Origin: Alphaproteobacteria bacterium
Lineage (GTDB): Bacteria > Pseudomonadota > Alphaproteobacteria > JAAXGF01
NCBI GenBank assembly: GCA_963555825.3
Contig: CAUVXB020000002.1
Coordinates: 1,696,001-1,760,000, forward strand
Direction of reading: 5' to 3'
Length of the DNA: 64,000 nucleotides
Shown: piece by piece, positions 28,751 to 42,500 of the stretch
Numbering within the stretch: position 1 is the stretch's first letter
Layout of the letters: each line of letters starts with the position of its first letter
Notes under the pieces: generated by a model
What the model was told of the DNA's origin: nothing
Seen by the model: only the letters and a program-made list of their open reading frames with translations
Databases searched by the model: none
Made by a program: the position numbers and the translations under genes

Positions 28751-31700
28751 ATGTTACGCAGGCGTTCATATAATTTACTCTTCGGCTCGGCTTTTTGGCT
28801 GGCGTGCCTGTTCGCCGGGCCGGCCGAGGCGGCGCCCAAGATCACCTGGACGACCCCATCGCTGGTGCACACGTTGGAGACCGGCAAGTTCACCACCCTG
28901 ACGGTGACCTTCTCGGTGTCGGAGAAGGTCAACAATCTCGACGTCGAGGTCGAGGTGGTGCCGGCGCTGGCGCCGTTCGTGACCGTCTCGCCGACGTCGT
29001 TCGAGAGTCTGGCGGGCGGCGAGAGCCACGATCTGCAGATCCTGTTGACCGCGCCGCTGGCGTTCCCGCCCGGCGTCTACACGGGCACGCTCAAGCTGGG
29101 CCAAGTCTCGGGCGGCACCGCGGCCAAGCCGCTGCCGATCGAGTTCACCATCACCGCCGACATCGACATCCCGGTGGTGACGATCGACGACCCGGCCGAC
29201 GGCAGCGTGTTCGGCGCCGACGATACCGTGGTGACGCTCGCCGGCACGCTTGACGATCCGTTCGCCAGCCTCGCGGTCGACGGCCAGCCGGTCGCCGTCG
29301 CGGACGGGGTCTGGACGCATGACGTCACGCTCACCGAAGGCATCAACTTCATCACCGCCGTCGCGACCGACCAGGTCGGCCTGATCGGCACCGCCGCGGT
29401 CGAACTCACGCTCGACACCAACCCGCCTGTCGTGGCCATCGATTCGCCGGCCGACGGTGCGGTGGTGCACGACGCGACGATCGCCGTCGCCGGCCTGATC
29501 AACGACATCGTCGCCGGCACCGTCGGCGGCGCCGAGGCGAGCGTCACGGTCAACGGCGTCGCCGCCGAGGTCGGCAACCGCAGTTTCCTGGCGACCGGCA
29601 TAGCGCTCGTCGCGGGCGCCAACACGATCACCACCGAGGCGGTCGACGCCGCCGGCAATACCGCGAGCGCGAGCATCACCGTGAGCTTCCAGCCGCTTAT
29701 CGGCGTGGCGCGAATCTTCGCCGTCTCGGGCGACGGCCAGCAGGGCCAGATCGCCGGCACGCTGGCGGCGCCGCTGGTCGCCGAGCTGCGCGACGACCAG
29801 GACGCGCCGGTCGAAGGCGTCGTGGTCATCTTCAAGGTGGTCGAGAACAACGGCACGGTCACCAACGCGGGCGAAACCGCGCGCGGTCTGGCGGTAACGA
29901 CCGACGCGTTCGGCCAAGCCCAGGTCGATTGGACGCTGGGTTCGCGCGCCGGCGCCGGCAACAACCAGGTCACGGCGACCGCGGTCGGCTTCACCGGCGC
30001 GGCGGTCTACCACGCCATCTCGGACCCCGGCGCGCCGTTCAAGCTGGTGCTCGACGACGGCAACAACCAGACCGGCGCGACCGGCCAACCGCTCGCCGGC
30101 GCCTTCGTCGTCGTTGTGACCGACGTCGGCCACAACCGCATTGAGGACGTCCCGGTGACCTTCGAGGTGGTCGAGGGCGAGGGCCGCTTCAACGAGTTCA
30201 CCGTCCATACCGTCGTGAGCGACAGCCAGGGCCGCGCGGTGGCGCTGCTCAAGCTCGGCGCGGAGGAGGGCATCGAGAACAACGTCGTCACCGCGTCCTT
30301 CCCGGGCAACCCCAACGAGGTCGTCACCTTCGTCGCCTCGGCCAAGGTCGCGGGCGATCCTGCGTTGACCGCGATCACCGGCGTCGTGCTCGACAACACC
30401 GATGCGCCGGTCGCCGGCGTGACGCTCAGCGTCGCGGGCACCGCGCTCGCGGCGGTGAGCGACGCCCAGGGCCAGTTCACGATTCCCGGCGCGCCGGTCG
30501 GCGCGGTGCTGCTGATCGCCGACGGCGCGACGGCGACGCGGCCCGGCGTCTGGCCGCGCCTCGAGTTCGAGCTGGTCACCGTGGCGGGCCGCGCGGTCGA
30601 CCTCGGCATGCCGATATTCATGCTGCCGCTGGAAGAGAACAACCTCTTGTGCGTCGACGCGACGACCGGCGGCACGCTGACGCTGCCGGCCTTCCCGGGC
30701 TTCGCGCTGACCGTCGCGCCGGGGTCCGCGAGCTTCCCCGGCGGCGCCGACGCGGGCTGCATCGGGGTCACCGTCGTGCACGCCGACAAGGTGCCGATGA
30801 CGCCCAACTTCGGCCAGCAGCCGCGCTTCATCGTCACGATCCAGCCGGCCGGCGCCCATTTCGACCCGCCGGCCGCCTTGAGCCTGCCCAACTCGGACGG
30901 CCTGGTGCCCGGCGAGATCACCGAGATGTACTCGTTCGACCACGACTTGGGCCAGTTCGTCGCGATCGGCACCGGCACGGTCGCCGAGGACGGCCTGACG
31001 ATCACCTCGGACTCGGGCGTCGGCGTCATCAAGGCCGGCTGGCACTGCGCCGGCAACCCGAGCGCGACCGGCACCTGCGAGCCGGTGAGCGTCAGGATCA
31101 CTACCCAAGGATCAATTTTGCTTGCACCAGGTATCGTCGGCGCAACCGGGATGATTACGGCGCAGGGCACGCCCGGGGAGGGGAGCTACAGTTGGACGTC
31201 GAGCGACGGTGCGGCGATCGAGTTCGTCTCGGGGCAGACCGCTGCCACCGTAACGATCAGGCTTCTGGAACCGAAGGAAGTGACGCTGAGAGTGAGTTTC
31301 ACCGCGGAGTCGGGCGCCCCCTCGAACGTGGCGACGATCCAGGTCATTCCCGTCGCCATGAAGCTGGAGCAGGTCGGCCTTACCGTGATCAGCGAGGACG
31401 AAATTGGAAGATTTACGGAAGACACAACGGTTCGAGTTATACCAACGGCACTAATTATTGACCTGAAATCGCCCAATCTCTCATTCCGATGGACATGATC
31501 GTCTCGGGCTGGTCGATTAGTTTGTTCCAGGCTTGGCAACCGGCCTCGATGATGGCGTCGTAATCTTCGAAGACGCGGTTAGAGAGCCAATTCTGGCGGA
31601 GGTATTGCCAGATGTTCTCGACCGGGTTCAGCTCGGGCGAGCGCGATGGCAGCAGGATGATGGTGAGGTTCTTGGGGACCTTGAGCTGGTCGGTGCTGTG

Positions 31701-33511
31701 CCACCCGGCGCGGTCCATCAGGACGACGCCATGGGCCTTGGCGGCGACGTTGCAGCTGATCTCGTCGAGATGCATCTGCATGGCGGCTGTGTTGGCGAAG
31801 GGGAGCATGAGAGCGGCACCCTTGGCTCCCATGGGACAGATTGCGCCAAAGAGGTAGGCGTTCGTGTAGCGCTGATCGGCGGGCAGGCGTGGCCTTGTTC
31901 CCTTCTTCGCCCAAATGCGCACACGCCCGTTCTTCTGTCCCAGCCTGGCCTCGTCTTGGAACCAGATCTCGACCCGCTTGGTCTTGGGCAGACCGGCTAG
32001 GTGGGCAGCGAGCGTGCGGGGGAAGTTTTTTTGAACGCCTCGATCACCCGCTGGTCCTGCTTGGGGTGCTGCGGCCGGGCGCTGATGTGGGAGAAGGACA
32101 GCGCGACGAGAAGGTCGGAGATCGCCCGCTCGCTATAGATCACGCCAAAGCGTTCTTCGATCACCCGTTTCAGGTCAACCCGCCGCCAGCGAACCACACC
32201 GTCAATCTCTGGATCGGGGCCCGTTTCGACGATCACCGACAGTTCGCCCATCTGCTCGTCGGTCAAGAGCCGGGGGCGGCCCGCACCGGGACGGTTCTTC
32301 AAGCCGTCTGCCCCTTCATCGTTGAAGCGGTGCGCCCAGTCTCTCAGCGTCTGGCGATCCATGCCGCCGACCTTAGCGGCTTCCGCTCGGCTCATGCCGT
32401 CGTAAACCGCCGCCAAGGCCAAAAGCCGGCGAACTTGGCGGGGATCGCGACTGTGCTTGGCCAAACACCGGAGCTCAATGCTGTCGTAGTCGTCCCGAAG
32501 AGCAATGCATACTGACATGGCGAATCTCCTTCGCCAGCCTTGAATCACATCCAGCCCAAAAAGGGAATCCCTTGCGAGTCAGAATTTTGCGCCGTTGGTA
32601 TTACAGCCGTAAATGCGAGCACTAAAGCCGGCGCGACGCTCACAAGTTTCACGGGTAATGTCCTAATTGCTGAACAGTCTGAGATGGCAATCTACTCGCA
32701 AAACGGTGGCACTCTTCCATTGTTCGTGTCGATAACTGCGGGCGGTACAGCGACCTTTGAAGCCAATTCTCTTGCGGGACCAAAAGACGAAGATGGAGAT
32801 CTGCCGCCTGACCCTGCGAAGATCGTAACCACGAACTTCCCAGTGTTCCAAGCCAGCGAAACGGAAACCGCCTTCCTACCGATCCCACAGTGGGTGGATA
32901 ACGGTGTCTTCTTGCCCATGGTGACAGGCTTGGGCTTCGATTGGTTCGAAAAGCAGATGATTGCGATCCTTGGTCCAATCGTGGCGGAAGGAGGCGATCT
33001 GGATGAAGTAATGCGTCAAATTTTCCAGATCGAAGTGGTAGGTCTTCCGGTCGACGTGCTTGGGCGAGTGGACCTGGATCACCGCTCTACATCTACCGTT
33101 CTTATCGATCCCTTTTTCAACAGTGCACGAATCAATGCCATCCCAGGGCTCATTATCTGTGGCAAGGTCATCGGCAACCACCTCACCAACGTATTAATTC
33201 ACGAAGGAAGACACACTTTTCAGAACTTCATAACCACCCTCGATCTGGACCAACAAGACGATATTCCATTTAGTCCCGACAATGACGATGACCGCGACTT
33301 TCTGGTCGATAGCGAGGACGTTCCCGCGTCTGCAAGCCTGAGCGGTATAATCCTTGACACGACCGCCTCACGAACGGTCTGCAATCAACGCACTAACGAG
33401 TTGCCCACACGTTCGTATAAGGGTGATGGTAGTCAACAAGGAGACGATATCAGCGATGTACTACTTGCAATTGAGTACGACGCCCATGTTTTCGCCGAAG
33501 CTCATGACTAG
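28751..33511 (+). pseudogene. Large exported Ig-repeat protein with C-terminal HExxH module, split by IS630 (28751-31439 + 32604-33511; 1198 aa rejoined)
   Basis: GGAGG RBS, signal peptide AEA-A, several Ig-like repeats, KAGWHC, rejoins in frame VRV|TAVNAS, LIHEGRH...IEYDA. Confidence 0.85.
31440..32601 (-). mobile_element. IS630-family element type B, copy 1, 1162 bp
   Basis: TACCAACGGC IR, TA duplication, two ORFs joined at A7 slippery site; same as 60560-61721. Confidence 0.95.
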
Positions 33512-33770
33512 GCTAATGCCAATGCGCGTTCGCAGACCGTGGATCGGCTTCTTGGGTTTCTCGTTAGCCTTGGTGCGTCGTGCCCAAGTTGAAGTAACTG
33601 CCCGGGCTTCTATTTTCCCAATCGGCTCGACGAAGATGCGAGATCGCTATGCAGATGCCGGTTGAGGACCGGATTGGCCTTCGACCGCCGTGTTTGCTAT
33701 GCTACCGGCGACCGCAAGTGGTCATCTGGGAAATCTCGGAAGAATGGCCATCCAAAGGACCTACTGAACC

Positions 33771-34338
33771 GTGGAACCCCTTCTCTACCTAGAGTTATCG
33801 GCGTGGGCGGCTGGCTCCGTTGCGTCGATTTTCGTTGCAACGCACGCGGTGGCCCGCACACGATTCAACGAAGAACTCTCGTACGCACTAAGAAATTTTG
33901 ATTTCGAACGCTGGTCGAAATCGTGGCAAGATAAATTCGCCACGCTGATAGACATAGTTTTTGGAAAGAAGCCACTCTCGTTCTCCTTTTTCTTCCGTTC
34001 GTGCGTGGCTTCGTTCACGGCTGTTTTCTTGTTGTTCATTGTCTTTCTTATCATCGCCGGCATCGGTCCTCGTACTTACATTGCGTCGTGGCCTCCGGGA
34101 CGGCTGATACCAGGGTTGAAGTTCCTGATTTTGGGGAATTTTGTGCCAGACTATCTCTCGTTGCTTGAAACACGGTTTCTTGTTCGACGAATGGATGGCT
34201 CGTCTACTCTTCTTCGCGTCGCTCTGTTCCTAATGGTTGATTTTGTGGCTACAATTATCGTTTTCGGTTTGGTGAACCCGCCGATTTCATTTATGAGATT
34301 TGTGTCAGTGAGCATAGCTGATGTCGACAAACTTATAG
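33771..34338 (+). pseudogene. Multi-pass membrane protein, 3'-truncated passenger
   Basis: Hydrophobic low-GC ORF (IVFGKKPLS, FRSCVAS, NFVPDYLSLLETR) running into the IS1380 IRR. Confidence 0.65.
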
Positions 34339-34536
34339 CCGACATTCCCCATATACCATCCAAATTCGTGGAAATCGTACCACTTTCCCACCGCCAAGGG
34401 AACTGTATCCCCTATGCAGCCATCCGATGGCATGATTTTGGTAATCGGCCCGCGCTTGGAAGGCCACTCGGTCATTTTTCTCGCCATCCAGACACACCTC
34501 TCCTGTCGCTTTCTCCTCGCCGTCGATTCCCTCGGC

Positions 34537-37344
34537 CTACGCCGGAGCGGGTCTTCGTCGCAGATCATCAATCAAGCTCAGGATTTTCCGGAACAGGTCC
34601 CTCGGCACCGCCACCTCAGCCAATTGGAACGTAACGTAGCGGCCATGTCGGACAACCTTGGCCCCGATCTTCACCAGCTTGTCGCGCAACGTCGTCATCG
34701 ACCAGTGCTCCACCTCCTTCGGCAAAGCCAGTGTCCTCATGAAGTTGCCCAGATTGTAGGCCAGGGCGTGAAGCTGGAGCCGAACGGCATTGTTGCGGAA
34801 CTTGCGACATGACAGACGGGTCCAGTTGATGGCGTTCTTGCCTTCCTTGATGTGCTGCTCCGCCGTGCCACGGTGATTATAGAACGCCACCACCCGCTTG
34901 GTAGGGCGCGACAGATTAGTGACGATGAAACCGACGCGAGGAACCAGCTCGCCGGGGTGCCACTCCACTTTGGCCACGACACGGCGCTTCTTGTTCCACG
35001 ATCCGGCCTGATAGCTGAAGCTGGCGTGGAAACGGCGAACATGGTCGGGCGGGCGACCGACAGGTCGCGTAAGCAGATGGGCAATGTTCCGCTGGAGAAT
35101 CGCGTTCGCTTTGAGGCGGATGACGTAGAGTAATCCCTCGGCTTCGAGATATTCGTATATCTCCGGTGAGGCGAAGGCGGCATCGCCACGAAAATACAGC
35201 CGCACCTTCCTTTCCTTATAGCGCATCACCACCGGCTCCAGAACATTCCGCCATCCGTCGGCACTGTGAACATTACCGGGGCGCAGGGAACATCTCTCCA
35301 AGTCGCCGAACTGGTTGAACAGGAATAGCGGATGGTAGCAGGTACAGCCGAAGTGACCATTGTACGCTGTTCCCTCTTGTTCGCCATGGGTCGGGCTGAC
35401 GCTGCTGTCCATGTCGAGAATGATCATCTTCGGCGGATGGCGGTCATGAACCTTGTCGATCCACACCCCGTTCATGTCGACCAAGGCTTCAACGTTCTCG
35501 TCGGTGGCCAATAGCTCCGTCTCGAAGCGTCCCATCTGGCTGGTGGAAGCGGCCTGTCTTTCGATGGCCTTGCCGCCAACAATCCAGCGCATGGCGGGAT
35601 CGCGTCCCAGACGGTCGGCGTCGTTCACATCGTCATAGCCGCCAAGGCGCCCGAAAACGGACTGGCGAAACTGACCCGTCATGCCGTGCCATCCGTTCTT
35701 GCCGGTACGGCTATCCTGGAAAACACCCTGGAGATGTCCCGGTCGATGTTGAAAAGTTGAGGTAGGTGTCGCTCTCCTGGAGCCGTTAGGCTCCGGGTGC
35801 TGCAAACCCAAGAGGGAGAACGACACCATGGGAAAGGATATCCGTAGTTCCAGTAGCCCGAAAGCCCTTGCCACCTCGTTTCCTATGCCGCCGCTGGCAG
35901 ACGCGATGGACGCAGTCCGTCTCAGCGTGGATCGGTTCTGTCTCCTGGCCGGGGTCGAGGCCTTGGCCGAGATGATGGAGGAGGACGCCACGACCGTGTG
36001 CGGGGCCCGACATCGTCGCCATGGGAACCGTCGGGGTTATCGCTGGGGCCATACGCAGAGCGAGATCGGCTACCACGGCGGCCGCGTGAAAGTGCAGCGG
36101 CCACGGGTTCGCGACCATGCTGGCAAGGAGGTGGGTTTGGAGAGCTGGCAGGTGCTGCGCGACGGCAACCTGTTGCTCGAGTGGGCGCTCAACCTGATGG
36201 TCCTGAACGTGTCGACCCGCAAGTACCACCGCGCGGTCCGTCTGCCCGAGGGCGACCTGGCGAAAGCGCGTGGCGACGGCACCTCGAAGTCGGCCGTTTC
36301 CCGGCGCTTTGTGGCGCTGTCGCGCAAGAAGATGAAGGCCTGGCTCGCCTCGGACCTCTCGGAGCTCGACCTGCTGGTCATCCAGATCGACGGTCTGCAT
36401 GTCGGCGACCATGTCTTGGTGGCGGCGATCGGCGTCGATGGCAACGGCGACAAGCATGTCCTGGCCGTGGTCGAGGGGGCGACGGAGAACACTGTCGTCG
36501 TCCAGGCCTTGCTCGACAATCTCCTCGCCAGGGGGCTCGATCCGACGCTGCCCCGGCTGTTCATCGTCGATGGCGCGAAGGCGCTCAGCAAAGCGATCCG
36601 CAACACCTTCGGTGTGGCCGCCGCCATCCAGCGCTGCCAGGTCCACAAGGGCCGTAACATCATCGAGCGCCTGCCCCTGCATTTGCATGCGAGCGTCAAG
36701 AAGGCGCTCCGTCAGGCCTGGGACCAGGACGACGCAGACAAGGCCGAACGGCTGCTGCGCAACCTGGCCCGGCGTCTGGAGCATGAGGAACCGGGCGTCT
36801 CGGGCAGCATCCTGGAGGGGCTGGACGAGATCCTCACCGTCATCCGCCTCGGCCTGCCGCACGAACTCCGGCGCTCGCTCGCCTGCACCAACATCGTCGA
36901 GAACGCGCTCGGCACGGTGCGCCAGGTCACCCGCAACGTCAAACGCTGGAGACACGCCGAGATGGCGCTCAGATGGACCGCCGCCGGCCTGCTGGAGGCC
37001 CAGAAAACCTTCCGTCGCCTCAAGGCCTATCGTCAGCTGCCCATCCTCCGAAATGCTCTCCAGGAACACTTGAGAAAGGCTCAGGCCGACAGTGCCATTG
37101 AAACCATCATGAAGGCAGCATAGCATCATCAACCAGCGACGCCTGCCCCACGAATTTCAACAGAGATAGGGACATCGCCAACACCCTCGGCCATCTCAGT
37201 CAGGCCGAGGGCATCGTCAAGCTCCCGGTAGGCGAGCAACCCGGCATCAGAGGTGATCTTGGAACCGTGGAATTCAAGCTTCAATCGACGGTCAAAAACG
37301 ACCCGAAGGCACCCCGGTTTCGATTCACCCATCGGGTGTGCCAT
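34537..37344 (-). pseudogene. IS1380-family transposase split by IS256
   Basis: [14 protein letters not shown]...MAEGV|FQDSRTG; LDMDSS, RGDAAF, YNHRGTAEQHIKEGK. Confidence 0.9.
35730..37179 (+). mobile_element. IS256-family element, 1450 bp (transposase 35828-37123)
   Basis: IR GGAGATGTCCC/GGGACATCGCC; 8-bp duplication AACACCCT; IQIDG, IVDG, QRCQVHK, TNIVE. Confidence 0.9.
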
Positions 37345-37941
37345 ATCCGCCGCTCCATGTATGCTACAACTTCATGATTCTTATAGCAGAATCGCCTTCT
37401 CGCCGCACTGAATATCGACGATACTTGGGAAATGCGGGCTTGGTCTTATCTGTTTTTGCGTCCTCCGTGAATTTGAACCCCTCTCTTGCATTTACGGTGC
37501 CTGCTTCGGAAGCGCGCAAAGACATCGATCGTCTATACGGACTTGCTGTACAGAGCGAGCATCGCGAGGCGGCGATTGAGGACATCCGGGCCTATGTCGA
37601 ACGCGGGGGCATTAAGTTATCAGACCAACGATACGCCTTGAGACGGCTGGAAGAATTGCCCGCGCCCGAACTTAAGGATTATCTCCTGCGCGTGGCCATC
37701 GGGGAGGTCGAGTTCGAGAACAGCGCATACCTTCGTGGTAATGCCCATCGGGCATACTGGGCTACTCTTCTTGCAGAAGCGAAAGACGCGGCGGACGAAG
37801 AGCGCATTCTTGTCGAGGGTCTGGAGGCTCACATTAAAGGGGCGCCTGACGGGTCTGTCAGGGCCTGGTCAGCCGGCGAACTGTGCCGAAGGGGTAAGTC
37901 CGAACATTTTGAAAAAATTTCCCGGTCGCTGAACAGGTATA

Positions 37942-39127
37942 ATACCGACTCCGCCTGAATGATTCGGTTGCGACGGATTCCCGTTGGAATCGGAAAGGGT
38001 TAGGATCCGTAGTCATGATTCGCGGAGGGGCGGGACATGGCGCATGTCGAGGAACATTTGCAGCTTTCTGAGTTGGAGGGACGGTATCGCTCGGCGAAAC
38101 ACATCTTTCGGAGGCGACGGAGGCGCGGCACTTCCAGGTGATCTGGCTTTTGGCCAAAGGCCATACGGTTCGCGAAGTGTCGGAGATGACGAGTTTCGGC
38201 CAACGCTGGCTCGAACAATTGCTTTCTCGCTACAACAAGCTCGGCCCGTCGTCGCTGGGCGATCGTCGACGCTCGAACGGCTCCGAGGCGACGATCCTGA
38301 AGCCGGAAGTCCTGGCGGTGTTGAAAGAGCGCCTGAAAAAGCCGCCGGCGGACGGCGGCTTGTGGTCTGGGCCGAAGGTGGCGGCTTGGATGGCGGGCGA
38401 ACTGGGCTTGGAGACGGTGGCGCCGCAACGGGGCTGGGAGGCGCTGAAGGCAGTCGAGTGGAGTTTGCAGGTGCCCAGGCCGAACAACCCCGGGGCGGCG
38501 AGCGAGGAAGAACGCCAGGCGTTTAAAAAAAACTTCACCGCCTGGTCGCGGAAGAAGCCGAGCGCCACCCCGGCACGCCAATCGAAGTCTTCGCCAGCGA
38601 CGAACACCGGCTCGGTCTGAAGCCATTGGCCCGGCGCTGCTGGGCGCCGCGCGGGATGCGCCCGGTGGCGCTCGGCCACCACCGCTTCAAATGGCTCTAC
38701 GTCACCGCCCTCGTCTCGCCGACCAGCGGAGAGACCTTTTGGTACATCTCCAATTGTGTCTCCAAGCCATTCTTCGAGAAGCTGCTCGCCCTCTTCGCCC
38801 GCGAGGCCGGCGCTGGGCAGAGCCGCATCATCATCCTGGTGATCGACGGCGCCGGGTGGCACACGGCGCCGAACCTCACGGTGCCGGAAGGCCTCCACCT
38901 CGTCTACTTGCCGCCCTATACGCCCCAGCTGCAACCGGCCGAATGTCTCTGGCCCGTACTCGACGAGCCGGTCGCAAACAGACACTTCGAGACCATCGAG
39001 GAACTCGACGCCGTCGTCGCCCGGCGCTGCCTCACTCTCGATGCCAATCCCGAACTCTTCAAGGGGCGTATCGACTTCCACTGGTGGCCCAAAACCATCT
39101 ATCCGAACTGATCAGCCGGATGCGGTA
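37942..39127 (+). mobile_element. IS630-family element type C
   Basis: ATACCG.../...CGGTA ends, TA duplication, A8 slippery site, DGAGWH, LPPYTPQLQPAE; extra frameshift near 38097. Confidence 0.9.
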
Positions 39128-39543
39128 TAACACTAACAGTAGAGCCCAGCAAAGGATTGACCTCTGCGGAAGACAAATCGAGCAGATAAACATGTTCGAT
39201 AGCCGATTGGCGGCAATGAAACACATCTTTGAGGTGGTCGACCCAACCAAGGAAACTGCTCTCATCGAATGGGCAGCAGATGAGATAATCGATCTACAAC
39301 CAGATGAAATGGAAAAAATATTCATTGATTATTTGTTGAGGCTTCAGAACGACTTAAAGATAGAATTTGGAGATTCGTTATATCATGTGCCTTTTGATTT
39401 CCTTCGCAAAAATAATTGGACTGACGATGAGTTCGAGGCGCGCGGGATTAAACCAATGCATTGGATCTAATGTGCATCGACAACGTAGCGTTCAACCTGC
39501 CGAGAAATGTGCGCGCGAGCGATCGAGCAGAGGGAGACACGAG

Positions 39544-42500
39544 ATGACGACGACACGATTGGGAAACCAAGTTCCTCGTACGGCCGCACGGCCGATCCGC
39601 GCGTTCCTAGTGCTGCTCGGCGTTGTCGTTCTCCAATTGACGATCCCAGCCGCGGAAGAGGCTCACGCCCAGCAAGTCGTGCTCGACGAGAACTGCGTCA
39701 TCACGATCCTCAACCGCACCTCGCGGGTCAAGGAGGATGGCTCGTGGCGGGTCGACAACGTGCCGAGCAACTTCGGACCAACCCGCGCACGCGCCACCTG
39801 CATCGTCGACGGGCAGACCGTCTCGGGCGCGTCCGGCTTCTTCGTCATCCAGCCCAACCAGGGCAACGGCTTCGACGCCGACATCCCGCTCGGCGCGCCC
39901 GATCCGGTGCCCGCCAGCCTGACGATACCGCCGCTTGCCGGCGCGCTCGGCGGGGTCGGCGCGACGGCGCAGCTCGTCGTCACGGCGAACTTCACCGACG
40001 GCTCGACGGCCGACGTCGCGGCGGCGCTCGGCGTCTCGTACACGAGCACCAATCCGGCCATCGTCGCGGTCTCGGCGACCGGCGAGGTGACCGCGGTGAT
40101 GAGCGGCACGGCGGCGATCACCGCGCTGTTCGACGGCGCCGTCGGCATGGTGCTGGTCGGCGTCGTGCTGAGCGGCGATTCGGACGGCGACGGCATCCCC
40201 GACGACGTCGAGCTGGCGGCGGGCCTCAACCCCGACGACCCGCTCGACGGGCTCGAGGACCCGGACGGCGACGGCCTGACCAACAAGCAGGAGCTGGTCG
40301 ACTTCGGCACCGACTTCGAGGTTGCCGACACCGACGCCGACGGCATCGACGACGGCGAGGAGGTGGTCGCCGGGGCCGACGGCTTCGTCACCAACCCGCT
40401 GGCCGCCGATTCGGACGGCGACGGCATCGACGACGGCGAGGAGGTGGTTGCCGGCGCCGACGGTTTCATCACCGATCCGCTGGTCACCGATTCGGACGGC
40501 GACGGGCTGAGCGACGGCCTCGAGATCGCCACCGGCAGCGACCCGACCGACGCGCTGAGCTTCAACCTGGCCTCGGCGCTGCAGGAACTGACCATCGCGC
40601 CCGAGCTGTTCCGGATCGAGCTCGACCCGGATGGCGCAGACGTCTTTCAGCAGCTCACGGTGACCGGCGAGCTGATCGACGGCACGTTCATCGACGTCAC
40701 CGAGCCGATCCGCGGAACGGTCTACAGCCTGGCCGATCCGACGGCGTGCAGCTTCGGTTTCGAGCCGGGCCGCGTGTTCGGCGATTTGGCCGGGATTTGC
40801 GCCGTTACCGCCTCGATCGGCGGCTTTAGCGCCGAGGCGACCGGCACGGTGGTCGGCTTCACGCCGGGCGGCCTGGCCTCGATCAAGATTCCGGGCTTCG
40901 CCAACAACGTCGACGTCCAGGGCTCGCTCGCCTATGTCGCGGCCGGCGAGGCCGGCCTGCAAGTGGTCGACGTCAGCGTGCCGGGCGAACCGGTGATCGT
41001 CGGCGCCTTCGACACGCCGGGCAACGCCAACGACGTCAAGGCGGTGGGCACGCTCGCCTACATCGCCGACGGCTCGGCCGGCCTGCAGATCGTCGACGTC
41101 AGCGACCCGACGGCGCCGGTCGGCGTCGGGGCGGTCGACACGCCGGGCGACGCGCATGACCTCGCGGTATCGGGCGCCTTCGCCTATGTCGCCGACGGGA
41201 CACCCGTCGGAGGCGGCGCGTCGGGACTGAACATCATCGACATCAGCGTACCCGGCGCGCCGGCGATCGTCGGCACCTTCGGCTTCGCCGGCAGCGCCGA
41301 GGCGGTCGCCGTGACCGGCACTGTCGCCGCCGTGTTGGTTGGTGACCCGACCAAGGCACTCCAACTGATCGATGTCAGCGTGCCGGCGGCGCCCACGCTG
41401 GCCGGCTCGGCGGCGCTCGCCTTCACTGTGGTGAGATCGATCTTTACGCACGACGTGGAGATCGCCGGCGATCTCGCCTATCTCGTTGTCGGTGAGGGCG
41501 GCTTTGTCATCGTCGATATCCTCGACCCGACAGCGCCGGCGGTGGTCGCGACGACCTTCCAGCGGTTCACTCGTGACGTCGCCGTGGCGAACGATGTCGC
41601 TTTCATCATCAAATTTCGGGATCTCAGCAACATCTTTGGGCGTTTCATCCCGTTCGATGTGAGCGACCCGACGGCGCCGCTCGCGCAGACGCCCATCCAG
41701 ATTTCGACGTCGTTCACCGGCTATACCGGCACGGGCATTGTTACGGCCGGCAATTTCGCCTTCGTGTCGGCGCAATTTCTCGCATTCACCCGGAAGATCG
41801 GCGTGGATTGGTTCAGTCGCCTGTTCGTCGTTCAGCACAGCCCGTTCGACGACAGCGCCGGCGTGGCGCCGACCGCCAGCATCACGACGCCGACAGGCGC
41901 CGGCCCGATCGTCCAGGGACAGGACTTCGTGATCGAAGCCGCGGCGAGTGACGATGTGGCGGTCGCCTCGGTCGAGTTTCTGATCGATGGCGTGCCGGTC
42001 TTCGTCGATACCGCCGCGCCCTTCGAATTCGAGACGACCTTCCCCGAGGCCGCGCTTGATCTGGAAATCTCGGTGCGGGCGTATGACTACGCCAACACCC
42101 CTGGGAACACCGCTGTCGTCGTCGTGCCCGGCGCGCCCGATCTCTTCACGACGGTCGAGGGGACGGTCGTCGACGGCGACGGCTTCGCGGTCGAAGGGGC
42201 GGTCGTGAGCTGTCTCGGCGCCGAGGGGATCAGCGACGCGATCGGCGACTTCTCGGTCGTCGGCATTCCGACCACGAAGGGGCCATTCGCCTGCCACGTC
42301 GTCTTCGACCCGGTCGTGGATGCGCCGATCGACGGACAATCGATTACAATCGCGCCAATCCCCCTCGCGGTCTTCGATGTCGGGACGATCGAGCTGCGCT
42401 CGTGGACGCTCTTCGCCACCGCGCATGCCTTCGCTGGCCAGCCCAGCTCGCTCTACCAGATCGACAGCGAGACCGGCGCGGCGAGTCTCGTCGGCAATAT

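Larger units (their letters stand above)
33574..37438 (-). mobile_element. IS1380 transposition unit (IS 34339-37438 plus 765-bp passenger 33574-34338)
   Basis: CTTGG duplicated at 33569-33573 and 37439-37443; IRL CCCGCATTTCCCAAGTA, IRR at 34339, degenerate alternative IRR at 33574. Confidence 0.8.
33504..39470 (+). pseudogene. Exported helical protein, candidate immunity factor, in three pieces (33504-33573 + 37444-37941 + 39130-39470; 302 aa rejoined)
   Basis: ATG overlaps upstream stop; pieces sum to 909 nt and join in frame: ...GFSLAL|VLSVFASSVNLNPSLA-FTV...NRY|NTNSRAQ...MHWI*. Confidence 0.75.

Noticed and set aside
28751-28780. RRR in gene A's signal peptide as a Tat motif
   Set aside because: Lacks the S/T-R-R-x-F-L consensus; Sec signal more likely
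32540-32601. Independent start for the metallopeptidase ORF
   Set aside because: The TTG lies inside the IS630 end; the ORF is the in-frame continuation of gene A
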